From: Phormidesmis sp.
GTDB lineage: Bacteria; Cyanobacteriota; Cyanobacteriia; Leptolyngbyales; Leptolyngbyaceae
Assembly (NCBI GenBank): GCA_965248535.1
Contig: CBDFJR010000005.1
Coordinates: 2,144,001-2,208,000, forward strand
Length of the DNA stretch: 64,000 bases
Reading direction: 5' to 3'
Shown: one piece after another, positions 23,045-33,673 of the stretch
How the letters are laid out: each line of letters begins with the position of its first letter
Numbering within the stretch: the first letter of the stretch is position 1
Notes under the pieces: generated by a model
Database searches by the model: none
The model's input: only the letters and a program-made list of their open reading frames with translations
Told to the model about the DNA's origin: nothing
Position numbers and translations under genes: made by a program

Positions 23045-23346
23045 GGGAATAAGGGGCGATCGGACAACCGATCCTCATCGAGAGCAGTTTTCAGAAATTC
23101 CCACGCTTGCTGATGCTCTGATGCGTCTTCAGTGTCATCTAGCCACGAGTCTAGAAGGTCGATCGCCGCTTGATTTTTCTGTGCTTGCTCGGCATCGACG
23201 ATGGATAGAGCCGTTGATGGAATCTTTTGTCGAAACTGGCGCAAGGTATCGAGTAAATCTGCCCAATATTCTCTGGGAGTTGCCTCAATTTCTTGGAGCA
23301 GAACTTCGAGAGTGGTTGGAGGTGAGCTAAAACGGTCTGTTGCCAT
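23041..23346 (-). CDS. Putative antitoxin (start MATDRF)
   Basis: 101-aa acidic protein with a NQAAIDLLDSWL...ALDEDRLSDRPLF tail, translationally coupled to the PIN gene. Confidence 0.7.
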   Translation of the reverse strand: MATDRFSSPPTTLEVLLQEIEATPREYWADLLDTLRQFRQKIPSTALSIVDAEQAQKNQAAIDLLDSWLDDTEDASEHQQAWEFLKTALDEDRLSDRPLFP

Positions 23347-23584
23347 ATTGTGAAGGTTGCCGTTGAAGGATTCCACCTCAACTTTAACTGAGTCAGCCTT
23401 TGGGCACAACAATCGGCAGAGCCTAATCAAAATGAGGTTTTTGGCTAAAATCAGGTCAAGGCTTATTCTTTAGTTTCTGGCGCTACTGAAGTCAGATGAT
23501 AGGCATTTGCTGATAGGTCTGTGGAAACTGCCCGACAGAGAACGCGCTCTGGCTTATTTTGCAGGGCGTAGTGCGATCGTGACT

Positions 23585-23773
23585 TTCCCCAATGCCATTG
23601 TCACTGCTCAACATGCAACCGTGTGTCAATGCAACGCCATTGTGCGTTGATACAGCGCCATTGTGGCCCAATGCAACGCGACTGCAAGCTGATGCAATGC
23701 CATTGTCGCCGCTCAATGTTTAATTGTGCGTCGATGCAACCCTATTGTGCATCGATACAACCCTATGGTGACC
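23585..23773. repeat. Degenerate 21-bp minisatellite, about 9 units
   Basis: In-register units such as caatgcaacgccattgtgcgt, tgatacagcgccattgtggcc, cgatgcaaccctattgtgcat and cgatacaaccctatggtgacc. Confidence 0.75.
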
Positions 23774-23927
23774 CTAGGCAACGCTAGGGCAAATCATGGG
23801 GTTGCTCGATCGTGCCACTCCTAATCTCATCGGGGCGCAATCAACGGTAGCTTTTCTAAAAACACACAGTGCTGAGAAGCCGATAGAATAAAGGATGGAA
23901 TTCAGACGATCAGCGGAGAACATCATT

Positions 23928-24671
23928 ATGGCGCAGTTGACCGCGCAGCCCAGCAGCGAACTGGATATTTCTAGCCTCAATGCAGACCTCGCTAACCAAA
24001 GTCCGCAAAAGATTCTTGCCACTGCTCTGAGTCAGTTTGACAGCATCGCCATCTCGTTTAGCGGGGCTGAAGATGTCGTTTTGATCGACATGGCGCACAA
24101 GATCAACAAAGACATCAAAGTGTTTAGTCTCGATACGGGTCGGCTTCATGCTGAGACTTATCAGTTTATTGAGCGAGTCAGAAAGCACTATGGGATCACG
24201 ATCGAGGTGATGTATCCCGATGCGACGCAGCTTGAAACGTTAGTCACCACAAAAGGCCTCTTCAGCTTTTATGAAGACGGGCACCAAGAATGCTGCGGCA
24301 TTCGCAAAGTTGCCCCATTGCGCCGCAAACTGTCCACGCTAAATGCTTGGATTACGGGTCAGCGCAAAGACCAAAGTCCGACCCGATCGAATGTGCCTGT
24401 CGTGCAGATTGATCAGGCATTTTCAACTGACGATCGGGCTTTAATCAAATTCAACCCGCTAGCAAACTGGACTTCGGCAGACGTTTGGATGTATATCCGA
24501 TCGTATGAAGTGCCTTACAATCCTCTCCACGAGCGCGGGTTTATCAGCATTGGCTGTGAGCCATGCACTCGACCGACTTTGCCCCAACAACACGAGCGAG
24601 AAGGGCGCTGGTGGTGGGAAGATGCCACCAAAAAAGAGTGTGGGCTGCACGCGCCAACGCAGGAAGATTAA
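23928..24671 (+). CDS. cysH: Sulfonucleotide reductase of the [4Fe-4S] APS-reductase type
   Basis: [31 protein letters not shown] and C-terminal ECGLH motifs. Confidence 0.93.
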   Translation: MAQLTAQPSSELDISSLNADLANQSPQKILATALSQFDSIAISFSGAEDVVLIDMAHKINKDIKVFSLDTGRLHAETYQFIERVRKHYGITIEVMYPDATQLETLVTTKGLFSFYEDGHQECCGIRKVAPLRRKLSTLNAWITGQRKDQSPTRSNVPVVQIDQAFSTDDRALIKFNPLANWTSADVWMYIRSYEVPYNPLHERGFISIGCEPCTRPTLPQQHEREGRWWWEDATKKECGLHAPTQED

Positions 24672-24677
24672 AGCTTC

Positions 24678-25784
24678 TCAATGCACTAGCTGATGCTGAA
24701 TTTTGATGCCTCGGCTCTGCATTACCTGCTCAAACAAATCAGTCGGGAGGGCTTGCTCGATCGCCCACACTCCCGGCTTTTTTAATTGCCCCGATAGCAA
24801 TAGCTCCACCACGGTGCCCGTGCCGCAGCCTGCCGCGATCGCCGTGTCGTCATGAATCAACGTCGAGCAGCAGCGCATCGGCTGCCCATCTTTGGTGCCC
24901 GTCACCTCAGAGCGAATCGCCACCCCAATGCCGCTAAAGCGATCGCTGACATCGGTCATAAAATGGCTAACATAAGACAGAAACTCAATCACGGCGGCGT
25001 TGCGTAACCAGCTAGGATGCCACCAGCGCGCCACGCTCCAAGTTAGATAGTTATAAAACGTCGGCATCGTTGCAAACTTAGTGATCACCGTTTTGACCGG
25101 AAAGGTGTCGGGCAGCGTAAACGCTTCGGGCATATCAAACCAATACACGCCCACTTTGCCATAGGGAGCCGGAAACTCAATCACTTCGCGATCGCTATAG
25201 GGTTTGACCGATCGCCATTCGCCATTCATCCAAACTTCAAACGGGCGCTGTAACCCTAAAAATGTGGTTCGCATGACGGTAACGCCTGCGCCGCCTGAAC
25301 CTGACACCACATAGCTCAAATGAATCTTTTCAGCCGTGTCTAACTGCTCAACACCCTGACGCACCATGCTGTTAGAGATGCCCGGAAAGATGCCTGTGTT
25401 GATCACCGCCGTCACCCCCGCGGCTTGAGCTTCGGCTCGATAGTCTAAAACTTTGCGAGTAAAGGAAGGATGATCGCTGACATCGACATAATCTGCGCCT
25501 TGCTGAATGCACAGCTTTAGCACTTCAGCATCGCGATAGTGAAACGGCCCAGCGCAGTGCACGACCACATCAGTTTGAGCGATCGCCGCTTGCAGGGCTT
25601 GTTGATCCGCCAAATCGATGGTCACAAACTGAACTCTTGACCCTAGATCATCACTTTTCTGATTGCCCTTGGTGAGATTGCGTCCGGCGATCGTCACCGA
25701 TGCTTGGGTATGAGCCAAAAGGTCTGCCGCCACTTTGCTGCCAATTCTGCCACTGCCACCGAGAATCAAAACCTGATTTGTCAT
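24678..25784 (-). CDS. Saccharopine dehydrogenase-like oxidoreductase
   Basis: GGSGRIG Rossmann motif, HCAGPF, YVDV and GIFPG motifs. Confidence 0.88.
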   Translation of the reverse strand: MTNQVLILGGSGRIGSKVAADLLAHTQASVTIAGRNLTKGNQKSDDLGSRVQFVTIDLADQQALQAAIAQTDVVVHCAGPFHYRDAEVLKLCIQQGADYVDVSDHPSFTRKVLDYRAEAQAAGVTAVINTGIFPGISNSMVRQGVEQLDTAEKIHLSYVVSGSGGAGVTVMRTTFLGLQRPFEVWMNGEWRSVKPYSDREVIEFPAPYGKVGVYWFDMPEAFTLPDTFPVKTVITKFATMPTFYNYLTWSVARWWHPSWLRNAAVIEFLSYVSHFMTDVSDRFSGIGVAIRSEVTGTKDGQPMRCCSTLIHDDTAIAAGCGTGTVVELLLSGQLKKPGVWAIEQALPTDLFEQVMQSRGIKIQHQLVH

Positions 25785-26015
25785 GCCGATCGCTACCGAA
25801 CTCTAGATTTATCGTTTATGGGCGCAAAGAGAATCGATGCATCGCTCTCTTTGCGATCGCCGATCTTTATTAGAGCCTAGAAGCTGTTTGAAAAGTTATC
25901 GCCACCCCAATTGGACTTGGGAAACATCACAATCGTCAATAAGACATAAGTTCTAGCGGTTTTGGATTAACTGCGAAAGTTTGTTCTATCCTGAGAATGC
26001 TAGGGAGTTCAGAAT

Positions 26016-27611
26016 GTGTCTGGTATGACGGTTCAGTTGCGCCGATCGCTGGTTTTAGGAGGAGTCGGTCTGACCCTTGTGGTTGGGTTGCTCGAAGGTG
26101 TGTCTCACAGCCTCGGTGAGTGGGCCCCTGCAATCGTCTTGGGCAGTGGCGTGGCCTGGCTGTTTCTGCGATTTCAGCCCAGCAGTGACGCTAAACTAGC
26201 CCCCGTCCCCGTCAATTTAACGAGCGTTAAGACCGCCCTAGCAGATGCAGAAGGGGTGATCAATCAACTGGCGGTTGAGGTGAGCGATCGCCCGATCAAC
26301 GGCAGCGATCAGCAGCTATTAGACCTACGATCGCAGATCAATCAAATTACAACTGAACTGCAACGTGACGAGATTCGTCTAGTGGTTATGGGCGGCAAAT
26401 CGGTGGGCAAAACGTCGCTCACGCAGCTTTTGCAGTCAACTTGGGCTTCAAAATTATCTCAAAAGTTGACATTAAGCGACACCCCAGAATTGTTTGCCGC
26501 CACCGAAGATAGAATCGTGGCAGAACGTGACGCTTGGAAGTTAGCCCGATCGGCCGATCTCATTTTGTTTTTAACGAATGGCGATCTAACGGCATCACAG
26601 CTTCAGGTTATGCAAAAATTATCAGCCGCGCACAAGCGCATCGTGCTGTTGTTGAACAAACAAGATCACTATCTGCCAGACGAACAGCAACAGTTGTTGC
26701 ATCAGCTTCGACAACGGGCAGAAAAAATTCTCGCACCGCGAGATGTGATGGCGATCGCGACCAATCCCAAACCCCAAAAAGTGCGGCAGCATCAAGTCGA
26801 CGGTTCCATTAGAGAATGGTTGGAAACGCCCGCACCCCAGATTTCAGAGTTGACCGATCGCTTGAGCGAGATTCTGCTGCAAGAAGCAAAGCAACTCGTT
26901 TTGGCTAGCTCGTTTGGCACCGTCAATGAGATCAAGGCAGAAGCAAAAAAAGCATTAAACACAGTGCGCCGCGATCGGGCAACTCCCCTCCTTGATCAAG
27001 CTCAGTGGATTGTCGCCACCACCACCTTTGCCAACCCGTTTCCGGCGTTAGATCTGTTGGCAGCCGCCGCAATCAATGCCCAAATGGTGCTCGACCTGAG
27101 TCAGCTTTATCAACAAAAATTCTCTCTCTCTCAAGCCAAAACCGTTGCGACAACCATGGCGAGTCTGATGGTGAAACTAGGAGTGGTCGAGATTTCGACG
27201 CAAGCGATCGCCACCGTGCTTAAAACGAATGTGGTTACCTATGTCGCGGGTGGCGTGCTGCAAGGGGTCAGCGCCGCTTATCTGACTCGCCTCGCCGGGC
27301 TGACGCTGATCGAATATTTTGAAAGTGACATTGCTGAAGGGACGGTGAAACGCGATCGGCTTCAGCAAATTATGGAGAAGATCTTCCAGCAAAATCAACG
27401 GATTCCGTTTTTGCAAGCATTTGTTAAGCAAGCGATCGACAAACTCAAATCGACGACATCAGCCCCTAAACTAGAGCCGTGGACAACTGAGCCAATGGCA
27501 GAGCTTCCGGCTCCGCAAGAGCAGCTTTTGCAAATAGGGGCAAAACTTGAAGCTGAACCGTCCCAGATTCCGATCTTGTTAGAGATGCCAGAAGAAATCA
27601 TTGCGTCTTAA
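26016..27611 (+). CDS. DUF697/YcjF-type GTPase-like membrane protein
   Basis: N-terminal TMs, GGKSVGKT, DTP, NKQD, and C-terminal NPFPALDLLA region. Confidence 0.8.
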   Translation: MSGMTVQLRRSLVLGGVGLTLVVGLLEGVSHSLGEWAPAIVLGSGVAWLFLRFQPSSDAKLAPVPVNLTSVKTALADAEGVINQLAVEVSDRPINGSDQQLLDLRSQINQITTELQRDEIRLVVMGGKSVGKTSLTQLLQSTWASKLSQKLTLSDTPELFAATEDRIVAERDAWKLARSADLILFLTNGDLTASQLQVMQKLSAAHKRIVLLLNKQDHYLPDEQQQLLHQLRQRAEKILAPRDVMAIATNPKPQKVRQHQVDGSIREWLETPAPQISELTDRLSEILLQEAKQLVLASSFGTVNEIKAEAKKALNTVRRDRATPLLDQAQWIVATTTFANPFPALDLLAAAAINAQMVLDLSQLYQQKFSLSQAKTVATTMASLMVKLGVVEISTQAIATVLKTNVVTYVAGGVLQGVSAAYLTRLAGLTLIEYFESDIAEGTVKRDRLQQIMEKIFQQNQRIPFLQAFVKQAIDKLKSTTSAPKLEPWTTEPMAELPAPQEQLLQIGAKLEAEPSQIPILLEMPEEIIAS

Positions 27612-27633
27612 TTGTTTAGAAAGGGTGGGAGAG

Positions 27634-28098
27634 ATGAAATTAAGAATGCTAATCGCAACGCTGTTGAGTAGCGGAATAGCAACCGCAGCAACCGCAACTG
27701 GATTGCCTCTGCAAGTCGGAATGTATCACATGGGAGCGAGTAATTACATTCAAATTGCGGTGAAAGGCGATCGGCTTTGCTATAACGGGTTTTCGTCTAG
27801 AGGGTCGGCGGTTGGCTCGATCGTGCCTGACTCAAAACTCCCAGATGTCTATCGGATCAATGGGCTTGATAATCTGGTGCTCTATCAGCAAGACATGAAA
27901 ACGCTGTTGTATGGAGAAGTCCATCAGATGAATGCCTACGAAGCCGATTATGGGGCTGAACGCACGATCGGCACAACGTTGCAGCAGTGTCTCGACTCAA
28001 ACTCTGCATTTTTTAAGCGAGAAGGGATTTCGCCATCGTCTTTGTCCCCACGATCGCCCTCACCACTCTTCAAACGACAAAACCCACTGCCTCGTTAG
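27634..28098 (+). CDS. Secreted hypothetical protein
   Basis: Signal peptide MKLRMLIATLLSSGIATAATA, purine-rich RBS, two Cys residues. Confidence 0.65.
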   Translation: MKLRMLIATLLSSGIATAATATGLPLQVGMYHMGASNYIQIAVKGDRLCYNGFSSRGSAVGSIVPDSKLPDVYRINGLDNLVLYQQDMKTLLYGEVHQMNAYEADYGAERTIGTTLQQCLDSNSAFFKREGISPSSLSPRSPSPLFKRQNPLPR

Positions 28099-28446
28099 CA
28101 AATGAGTAGTCCATACCTGTAGCAGAGATTGTTTGCAACCGCTCAGTTGGAACGATGATTTTGCGGCTGTTAACTATGAGGATCAAATTGACGTGACGAC
28201 CTTAATCCATCGTCGTGTGCAACTCGCCCGTCAACGCAGCAATTCAACTGTGACTAGCCGTTAATGAGTGAGATTGCAGAGGTGATAAAACCATATCGAA
28301 GTAATTCGTGATAGCCAGCAGCACAGCGATTTGTTTACAGCGGACGTGCTCTAGCAGATCGCTAGGTAGGGTTTTCACGATCGCCACATCCATCCCCAAA
28401 CCCGCCATTCTGCACGAAAATAGATTTAGCGTTCATCGGTTTCACC

Positions 28447-29865
28447 TTGAGTCAAGCTCAATCTTCTCGATCGACTCCCCGCCCCACGCCTCAAGAGACG
28501 CAGCTTATTCGAGCGCGGGCCAGTTTGCGGCAAGCCGTCGCCAATTATTCGCAATGTCTGCGATCGTCCAAAAATCCTGCTCTGCAAACGGCGCTCAAAA
28601 CAGAACTCGATCGCTTGTCTGCCAATCTTAATAAGCTAGATCAGGCGATCGTGCGAATTGCGGTCTTTGGTTTAGTCAGTCGAGGCAAGTCTGCGATTCT
28701 CAATGCGCTGCTGGGCGAGAAAGTCTTAGAAACCGGCCCGATTAATGGGGTAACGCTCAAACCCCAGGTGATTCGGTGGTCGCCAACTGGGGGAATTGTG
28801 CCGCCAGAGCGGGCGATCGTGCCTCAAGGTGCCAAGGTGCAAATCGAACTGATCGATACCCCCGGACTGGATGAAGTTGACGGACAAACCCGTGCAGACA
28901 TGGCGCGAGACGTGGCAGATCAGGCAGATTTAATCCTCTTCATCGTCGCTGGAGACATCACCCGCACTGAATACAAGGCGCTCTGTGACTTGCGCCAGGC
29001 CCAAAAGCCGTTGATTTTGGTGTTTAACAAAATTGATCTCTACCCCGATCAAAGTCGCCAAGCGATTTATGAAAGCTTGCAGCGATTGGGCGCACGCACC
29101 GGAAGCGGAGCACAACTTCAGCAGTTATTAACGGCGGATGAAATTGTCATGGTGGCAGCAGAGCCAGCCCCGTTGCAGATGCGGGTTGAGTGGGCAGACG
29201 GACGAGTGACGCACGAATGGGAAACGCCGCCGCCCCAAATTGATGAATTGAAATACAAAATTCTCACCATTTTGAATCGGGAAGGACGATCGCTGCTGGC
29301 GCTGAATGCGCTCTCTCAGGCAAAAAATGCCGAGACCCGCATGGCAGAAGCGATCGTCGAAATTCGCAACGCTGACGCAGAGGCGCTGATCTGGAAATTC
29401 ACCCGCTATAAAGCCTTAGCGGTGGGGCTAAACCCGATCGCCATTCTCGACTTAATCGGTGGCACTGTCTCAGATTTAGCCATGATCCGAGCGTTGGGCG
29501 AACTGTATGGGTTGCCGATGACTCGCTATGAGGCGGGCAAATTGCTGAAGACAATTCTCGTTAGCTCTGGCAGCCTGCTGTTGAGCGAGATTGGCAGCGG
29601 CGTTCTGTTGGGAATGGGCAAAAGTGTATCGGCGATCGCGACCAGCACTGACACCTCAGCCGGGTTTTCGGCCTTAGCAGGTGTGGCGATCGTGCAGGCA
29701 GGCATTGCAGGCTACGGCTCTTATTCCGTCGGTCGGGCGGCACAAGTTTATTTACAACAGGGCTGTACGTGGGGTTCGCAAGGTGCCAGCACCGTGATTC
29801 GCGAGATCCTCAACCAAGTCGAACCCAACACCATTATTTATCGATTGCGCCAAGAGTTGATGTAG
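28447..29865 (+). CDS. DUF697-domain GTP-binding protein
   Basis: GLVSRGKS, DTPG, NKID and NPIAILDL motifs. Confidence 0.88.
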   Translation: MSQAQSSRSTPRPTPQETQLIRARASLRQAVANYSQCLRSSKNPALQTALKTELDRLSANLNKLDQAIVRIAVFGLVSRGKSAILNALLGEKVLETGPINGVTLKPQVIRWSPTGGIVPPERAIVPQGAKVQIELIDTPGLDEVDGQTRADMARDVADQADLILFIVAGDITRTEYKALCDLRQAQKPLILVFNKIDLYPDQSRQAIYESLQRLGARTGSGAQLQQLLTADEIVMVAAEPAPLQMRVEWADGRVTHEWETPPPQIDELKYKILTILNREGRSLLALNALSQAKNAETRMAEAIVEIRNADAEALIWKFTRYKALAVGLNPIAILDLIGGTVSDLAMIRALGELYGLPMTRYEAGKLLKTILVSSGSLLLSEIGSGVLLGMGKSVSAIATSTDTSAGFSALAGVAIVQAGIAGYGSYSVGRAAQVYLQQGCTWGSQGASTVIREILNQVEPNTIIYRLRQELM

Positions 29866-29873
29866 AAACGCGT

Positions 29874-29910
29874 TTAGATCCCCAACTTCTCTAAGAAGTT
29901 GGGGATCTAA
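29874..29910. repeat. 17-bp perfect palindromic element, probably also a bidirectional terminator
   Basis: ttagatccccaacttct-cta-agaagttggggatctaa between convergent genes. Confidence 0.8.
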
Positions 29911-29925
29911 CTCCCGTGGTCTGCC

Positions 29926-30801
29926 CTACGCTTTCTCCCAAATCGCTCGAATCTCGTCAGGCAAAAAGCCAGCAATCTCTTGAATCCGCGATTCAGATAG
30001 CTCATCTTTAGTCGCTGAAAAGACCGCCTCGACTGCCTGTTCTGGAGGAATCGTGATCGCTAAACCCGCTTCTTGTCGAATGCGGAACAAAAACGTGCTG
30101 GATTTAATTTTGAGCGGCGGACGCACGCGACTGAGAAAATGCACGATCGGGTTCGTGTCTTCCCATAGGTCAGCAACTTCGGTGGCTAGCGGGGTCGCCG
30201 CATAGAGCGTTTTGTCGGTGTTGCCCGCTTCCATCGGCTCGTGGAGTTCTTCGGCAACGTGATCGACGGCTTCGTTAGTCATCAGGTCGCGCATGGTGCG
30301 AAACACAACTTCGGTGATGTCTCTCGCGTCATAGTGCTCTTTTAAACCAGTTTTGAGCATCACCTTTTCTAAGAACGGCATATCTTTGCTATAGACCGGA
30401 ACTGCCGCACCCTGATTCATATTTTTGGGAGGGTTCGCCTCCATATCTTGCAGCATTTTTTCCCCTTTCTCAGTCAGTTCTGCCTTTTTAAACTCGATTA
30501 AATGGGGCAAGGGGCCATCGGGCGCGCCGTAGGTATTGGCAATTCTCAGCCCAAACTCTTTTTCATCGATCAGGTTAGGAACATCATCTTGATTAGCGTA
30601 AGCGTTGCCCGAAAACTCAGCGTTAATATAGTGCCGTTGATTGAGATAATCTAAGTGCCCCAAAATGTCAGCAATAGACATCTCAATGCCTGCAAAATCG
30701 GTCTCTGTGAAATTCACCGGGTCAGGTTCAGGGACACGATCGCTTTCATGAATTTTTTTCAGCATGATATAAACCACATCATCTCGAATGGCGATCGGCA
30801 T
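29926..30801 (-). CDS. DUF2267-domain protein with a putative winged-helix N-terminus
   Basis: C-terminal FLEKVM..VFRTMRD..AVFSATKDELSE..FLP; N-terminal LGHLDYLNQRHYI...LTEKG. Confidence 0.75.
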   Translation of the reverse strand: MPIAIRDDVVYIMLKKIHESDRVPEPDPVNFTETDFAGIEMSIADILGHLDYLNQRHYINAEFSGNAYANQDDVPNLIDEKEFGLRIANTYGAPDGPLPHLIEFKKAELTEKGEKMLQDMEANPPKNMNQGAAVPVYSKDMPFLEKVMLKTGLKEHYDARDITEVVFRTMRDLMTNEAVDHVAEELHEPMEAGNTDKTLYAATPLATEVADLWEDTNPIVHFLSRVRPPLKIKSSTFLFRIRQEAGLAITIPPEQAVEAVFSATKDELSESRIQEIAGFLPDEIRAIWEKA

Positions 30802-31069
30802 AACAAGTCTCCTGTATTAAATGTTGTCGAAAGTGTAATCTTTGCGACACCAAAACTATTACGCAAGGGTAGCGATCGCTTCATCTGTCAGGAGTGACAT
30901 TGGGGCGGTTGTGATTTCTGTCATCAGGCAGATTGATTCTCAAAACCAGGCGCAACTAAGCGACTATTGCAAAGCTAAAGAAATATAAAAAGCTGAGAAA
31001 CGATCGCCAGAATCAACGATAAGGTAGACTCAACGCTGATTGTGCAATAACGCTAAAACGAACGTACTT

Positions 31070-31555
31070 ATGGTAAATTATCAATCCAATCCTGAAATGA
31101 CCCCAACCTTGACGCTATCAGGCGAAGAGTTAGTGGGAGGTGCCAACGGCATCAACATTAATGAAGTGATTGAGACGGTCATCGACAGCCTTGACCAAAC
31201 CAGCAGCGCCATGGTTAGCCACAACGACAGTGGCAACGTCTGGAAGTTTAAGTATGGCAGCGTCGAAGTGTTTGTGCAGCTAACGGGCATGACGGATGAT
31301 GACACGTTTACGGCTTGGGCAGCGGTGCTCAAATTGCCTGCCAAAAATGAGCCGCAGTTGATGAGAAAGCTGCTCGAAATGAATTGGAAAACTACCTTTG
31401 AGTCTGCGTTTGCGATCTTTGACAATCAGGTAGTGGTGTTGTCAAGCCGCACCGTCGCTGAGTTGTCGCCCGGTGAAATTTCACGGTTAATCACGGTGGT
31501 GGCGACGATCGCAGATGACAATGACGATGCTCTACAGGCAGAATTTGCAGGTTGA
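31070..31555 (+). CDS. YbjN-domain protein
   Basis: WKFKYGSVEVFVQL...LMRKLLEMNW..EISRLIT..ADDND pattern. Confidence 0.8.
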   Translation: MVNYQSNPEMTPTLTLSGEELVGGANGININEVIETVIDSLDQTSSAMVSHNDSGNVWKFKYGSVEVFVQLTGMTDDDTFTAWAAVLKLPAKNEPQLMRKLLEMNWKTTFESAFAIFDNQVVVLSSRTVAELSPGEISRLITVVATIADDNDDALQAEFAG

Positions 31556-33373
31556 CTATAGAGGCGATCGCTGACGAGACAGGCGATCGTAAGCCGCCCT
31601 AAAATCATCGGTTGTTAAGTGAATCGAACTCGGATCGCTCAAGCCCTGACTGCGATAGCGACGCACCGCTTCTAAGGCAGCTTGGTTGCTGAGAAGAGCC
31701 AGATCAGCCCCGTTCCAGCCTTCGGTTTGAGTGGACCAGGTTTCTAAATCTACATCGTCTAAGGGACGATCGTGATTGTGCACCTGCAAGATTGACAGTC
31801 GGCTGGTTTGGTCGGGCAAATCGATTTTGATCTGCAAGTCTAACCGCCCCGATCGCAGCAGGGCAGGGTCGAGCGCCTCTGGGCGATTAGTGGCCCCGAT
31901 CAGCAGCACGTTAGAACAGTCGTGTAAGCCATCCAGTTCGGTGAGCAGTTGACCGACGACGCGATCGCTGACTCCTGAATCGCTCTGAAAACCGCCTCTC
32001 GCTGGAGCCAGAGTGTCAATCTCATCGACAAACACCACGCAGGGGGCTGCCTGCCGCGCTTTCACAAACAGTTCTCGCACGGCTTGCTCAGATGCCCCCA
32101 CCCATTTGCTCATTAGCTCAGGGCCGTTGACCGCGATAAAGTTGGCTCGTGCCTGAGACGCAACGGCTTTGGCCAGCAGCGTTTTGCCCGTGCCCGGCGG
32201 GCCCCACAGCAGAATGCCCCGCGGGGCTTTGGCTTTGGTGCGCTGATAGAGTTCGGGGTAGAGCAAGGCCCCTTCTACCGATTCTTGCAGACTTTGTTTG
32301 ACCGATTCCAATCCCCCGATCGAGTCCCACGCAACATTAGGTGACTGCACCTCGACCGATCGTAAGACCGCAGGTTTAATCTGCTTAATCGCCTCTAGAA
32401 AATCGGTCTGCGTGATGCTCATCGTAGGAGGAGTGGGATCGGTGAGCGCAGGCACCAAGCGGCGCAGCGCGATATAGGCCGCTTTTTGACAGAGGGCTTT
32501 AAGGTCTGCACCAACCATGCCTCCGGCGAGATCGGCGATCGCATCCAAGTTCACCGTTTGATCGAGCGACATGGCTCGCGTCAAAATGCGAAGAATGTCT
32601 AATCGTCCTGCCCGATCGGGAATGCGAAATTGAATCTCGCGGTCAAACCGCCCCGGACGACGCAGTGCGGGATCGAGGTGATCAGCCCGATTAGTCGCTG
32701 CCAAGACGATCACGCCTTTGGTCTTGGCAAACCCATCCATCAAGCTCAACAGTTGGGCGACGACGCGCTTTTCGACCTCGCCTTCGACTTTGGAGCGATC
32801 GGGGGCAAGACTATCAATCTCGTCAATAAAGACAATGCAGGGCGCAGAGCGGGCGGCTTTTTCAAACAGACTTCGCAGTCGCCCTTCGGCTTCGCCGTAA
32901 TATTTGCCCATAATTTCGGGGCCGACGATCGCAATATAGTTCACGCCCAAATCTTCGGCTAGCGCACGGGCGGTGATCGTTTTGCCTGTGCCCGGAGGCC
33001 CGACCAAAAGCACGCCCCGCGGCGGTTCTAGCCCTAGTTTGGTGAGCAAGTCTGAGCGTTTGAGGGGCAGTTCTACCAGTTCGCGCAGTTCTCTGACGAT
33101 CGCCGACAGCCCGCCGATGCCGCTCAACGATTCTTGAGAATAGCTGCCAACCGGGGGCGGCGTGATCAGCACGTCATTGACTGATGGGGCAGAATTTGTC
33201 TGAGCAGAGTTGGTTTCGTCATTGGCTTCATGACGAGGTGGCCGGACTTGCGTTTGCACATCTACTCGAAATCCGCCGCTTTCGCTTCTGCCTTCTAAAT
33301 CTCTGACCAACTCTAGGAGATCTTCAAATCCCCGATCGATAAACTCTTCAAATTCCTTTAACAGGTCGCTCAT
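31556..33373 (-). CDS. CDC48/p97-like double AAA+ ATPase
   Basis: Two GPPGTGKT Walker A and DEID Walker B modules, plus LRRPGRFD and LLRSGRLD motifs. Confidence 0.92.
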   Translation of the reverse strand: MSDLLKEFEEFIDRGFEDLLELVRDLEGRSESGGFRVDVQTQVRPPRHEANDETNSAQTNSAPSVNDVLITPPPVGSYSQESLSGIGGLSAIVRELRELVELPLKRSDLLTKLGLEPPRGVLLVGPPGTGKTITARALAEDLGVNYIAIVGPEIMGKYYGEAEGRLRSLFEKAARSAPCIVFIDEIDSLAPDRSKVEGEVEKRVVAQLLSLMDGFAKTKGVIVLAATNRADHLDPALRRPGRFDREIQFRIPDRAGRLDILRILTRAMSLDQTVNLDAIADLAGGMVGADLKALCQKAAYIALRRLVPALTDPTPPTMSITQTDFLEAIKQIKPAVLRSVEVQSPNVAWDSIGGLESVKQSLQESVEGALLYPELYQRTKAKAPRGILLWGPPGTGKTLLAKAVASQARANFIAVNGPELMSKWVGASEQAVRELFVKARQAAPCVVFVDEIDTLAPARGGFQSDSGVSDRVVGQLLTELDGLHDCSNVLLIGATNRPEALDPALLRSGRLDLQIKIDLPDQTSRLSILQVHNHDRPLDDVDLETWSTQTEGWNGADLALLSNQAALEAVRRYRSQGLSDPSSIHLTTDDFRAAYDRLSRQRSPL

Positions 33374-33673
33374 ATCAGTGTTCTCGCCCCAGTGACTTTA
33401 GTATAGACATTCCTATCGGGGGACGGAGTGCTGCTACGATCGCAGAAATATCCTCTGTCAGCAGAATGGGCTTTATTCAGTTCTTAACCATTCATTAGCA
33501 AGTTGATTAACTCAGCGGACTATTGTTCAGACTGATGTGTCAATCAAATTTAACCTGTGTGCCCCAATTTATTAAGGATGGTAGATTAATTTATCTCTAA
33601 GATTTAAACAAAGTCATTGGGTTGCCATTAAATCTATGCTGAATTTTAGGCTCTAGTTCTTTTCTAATAGAAT

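Noticed and set aside
23585..23773. Possible CRISPR array or real CDS (ORF 23492..23716)
   Set aside because: The units are contiguous and degenerate with no spacers, and the repeat frame is interrupted by stop codons.
28100..28440. Possible gene remnant or ORF 28308..28631
   Set aside because: No recognisable motif, and the ORF overlaps the downstream GTPase out of frame.
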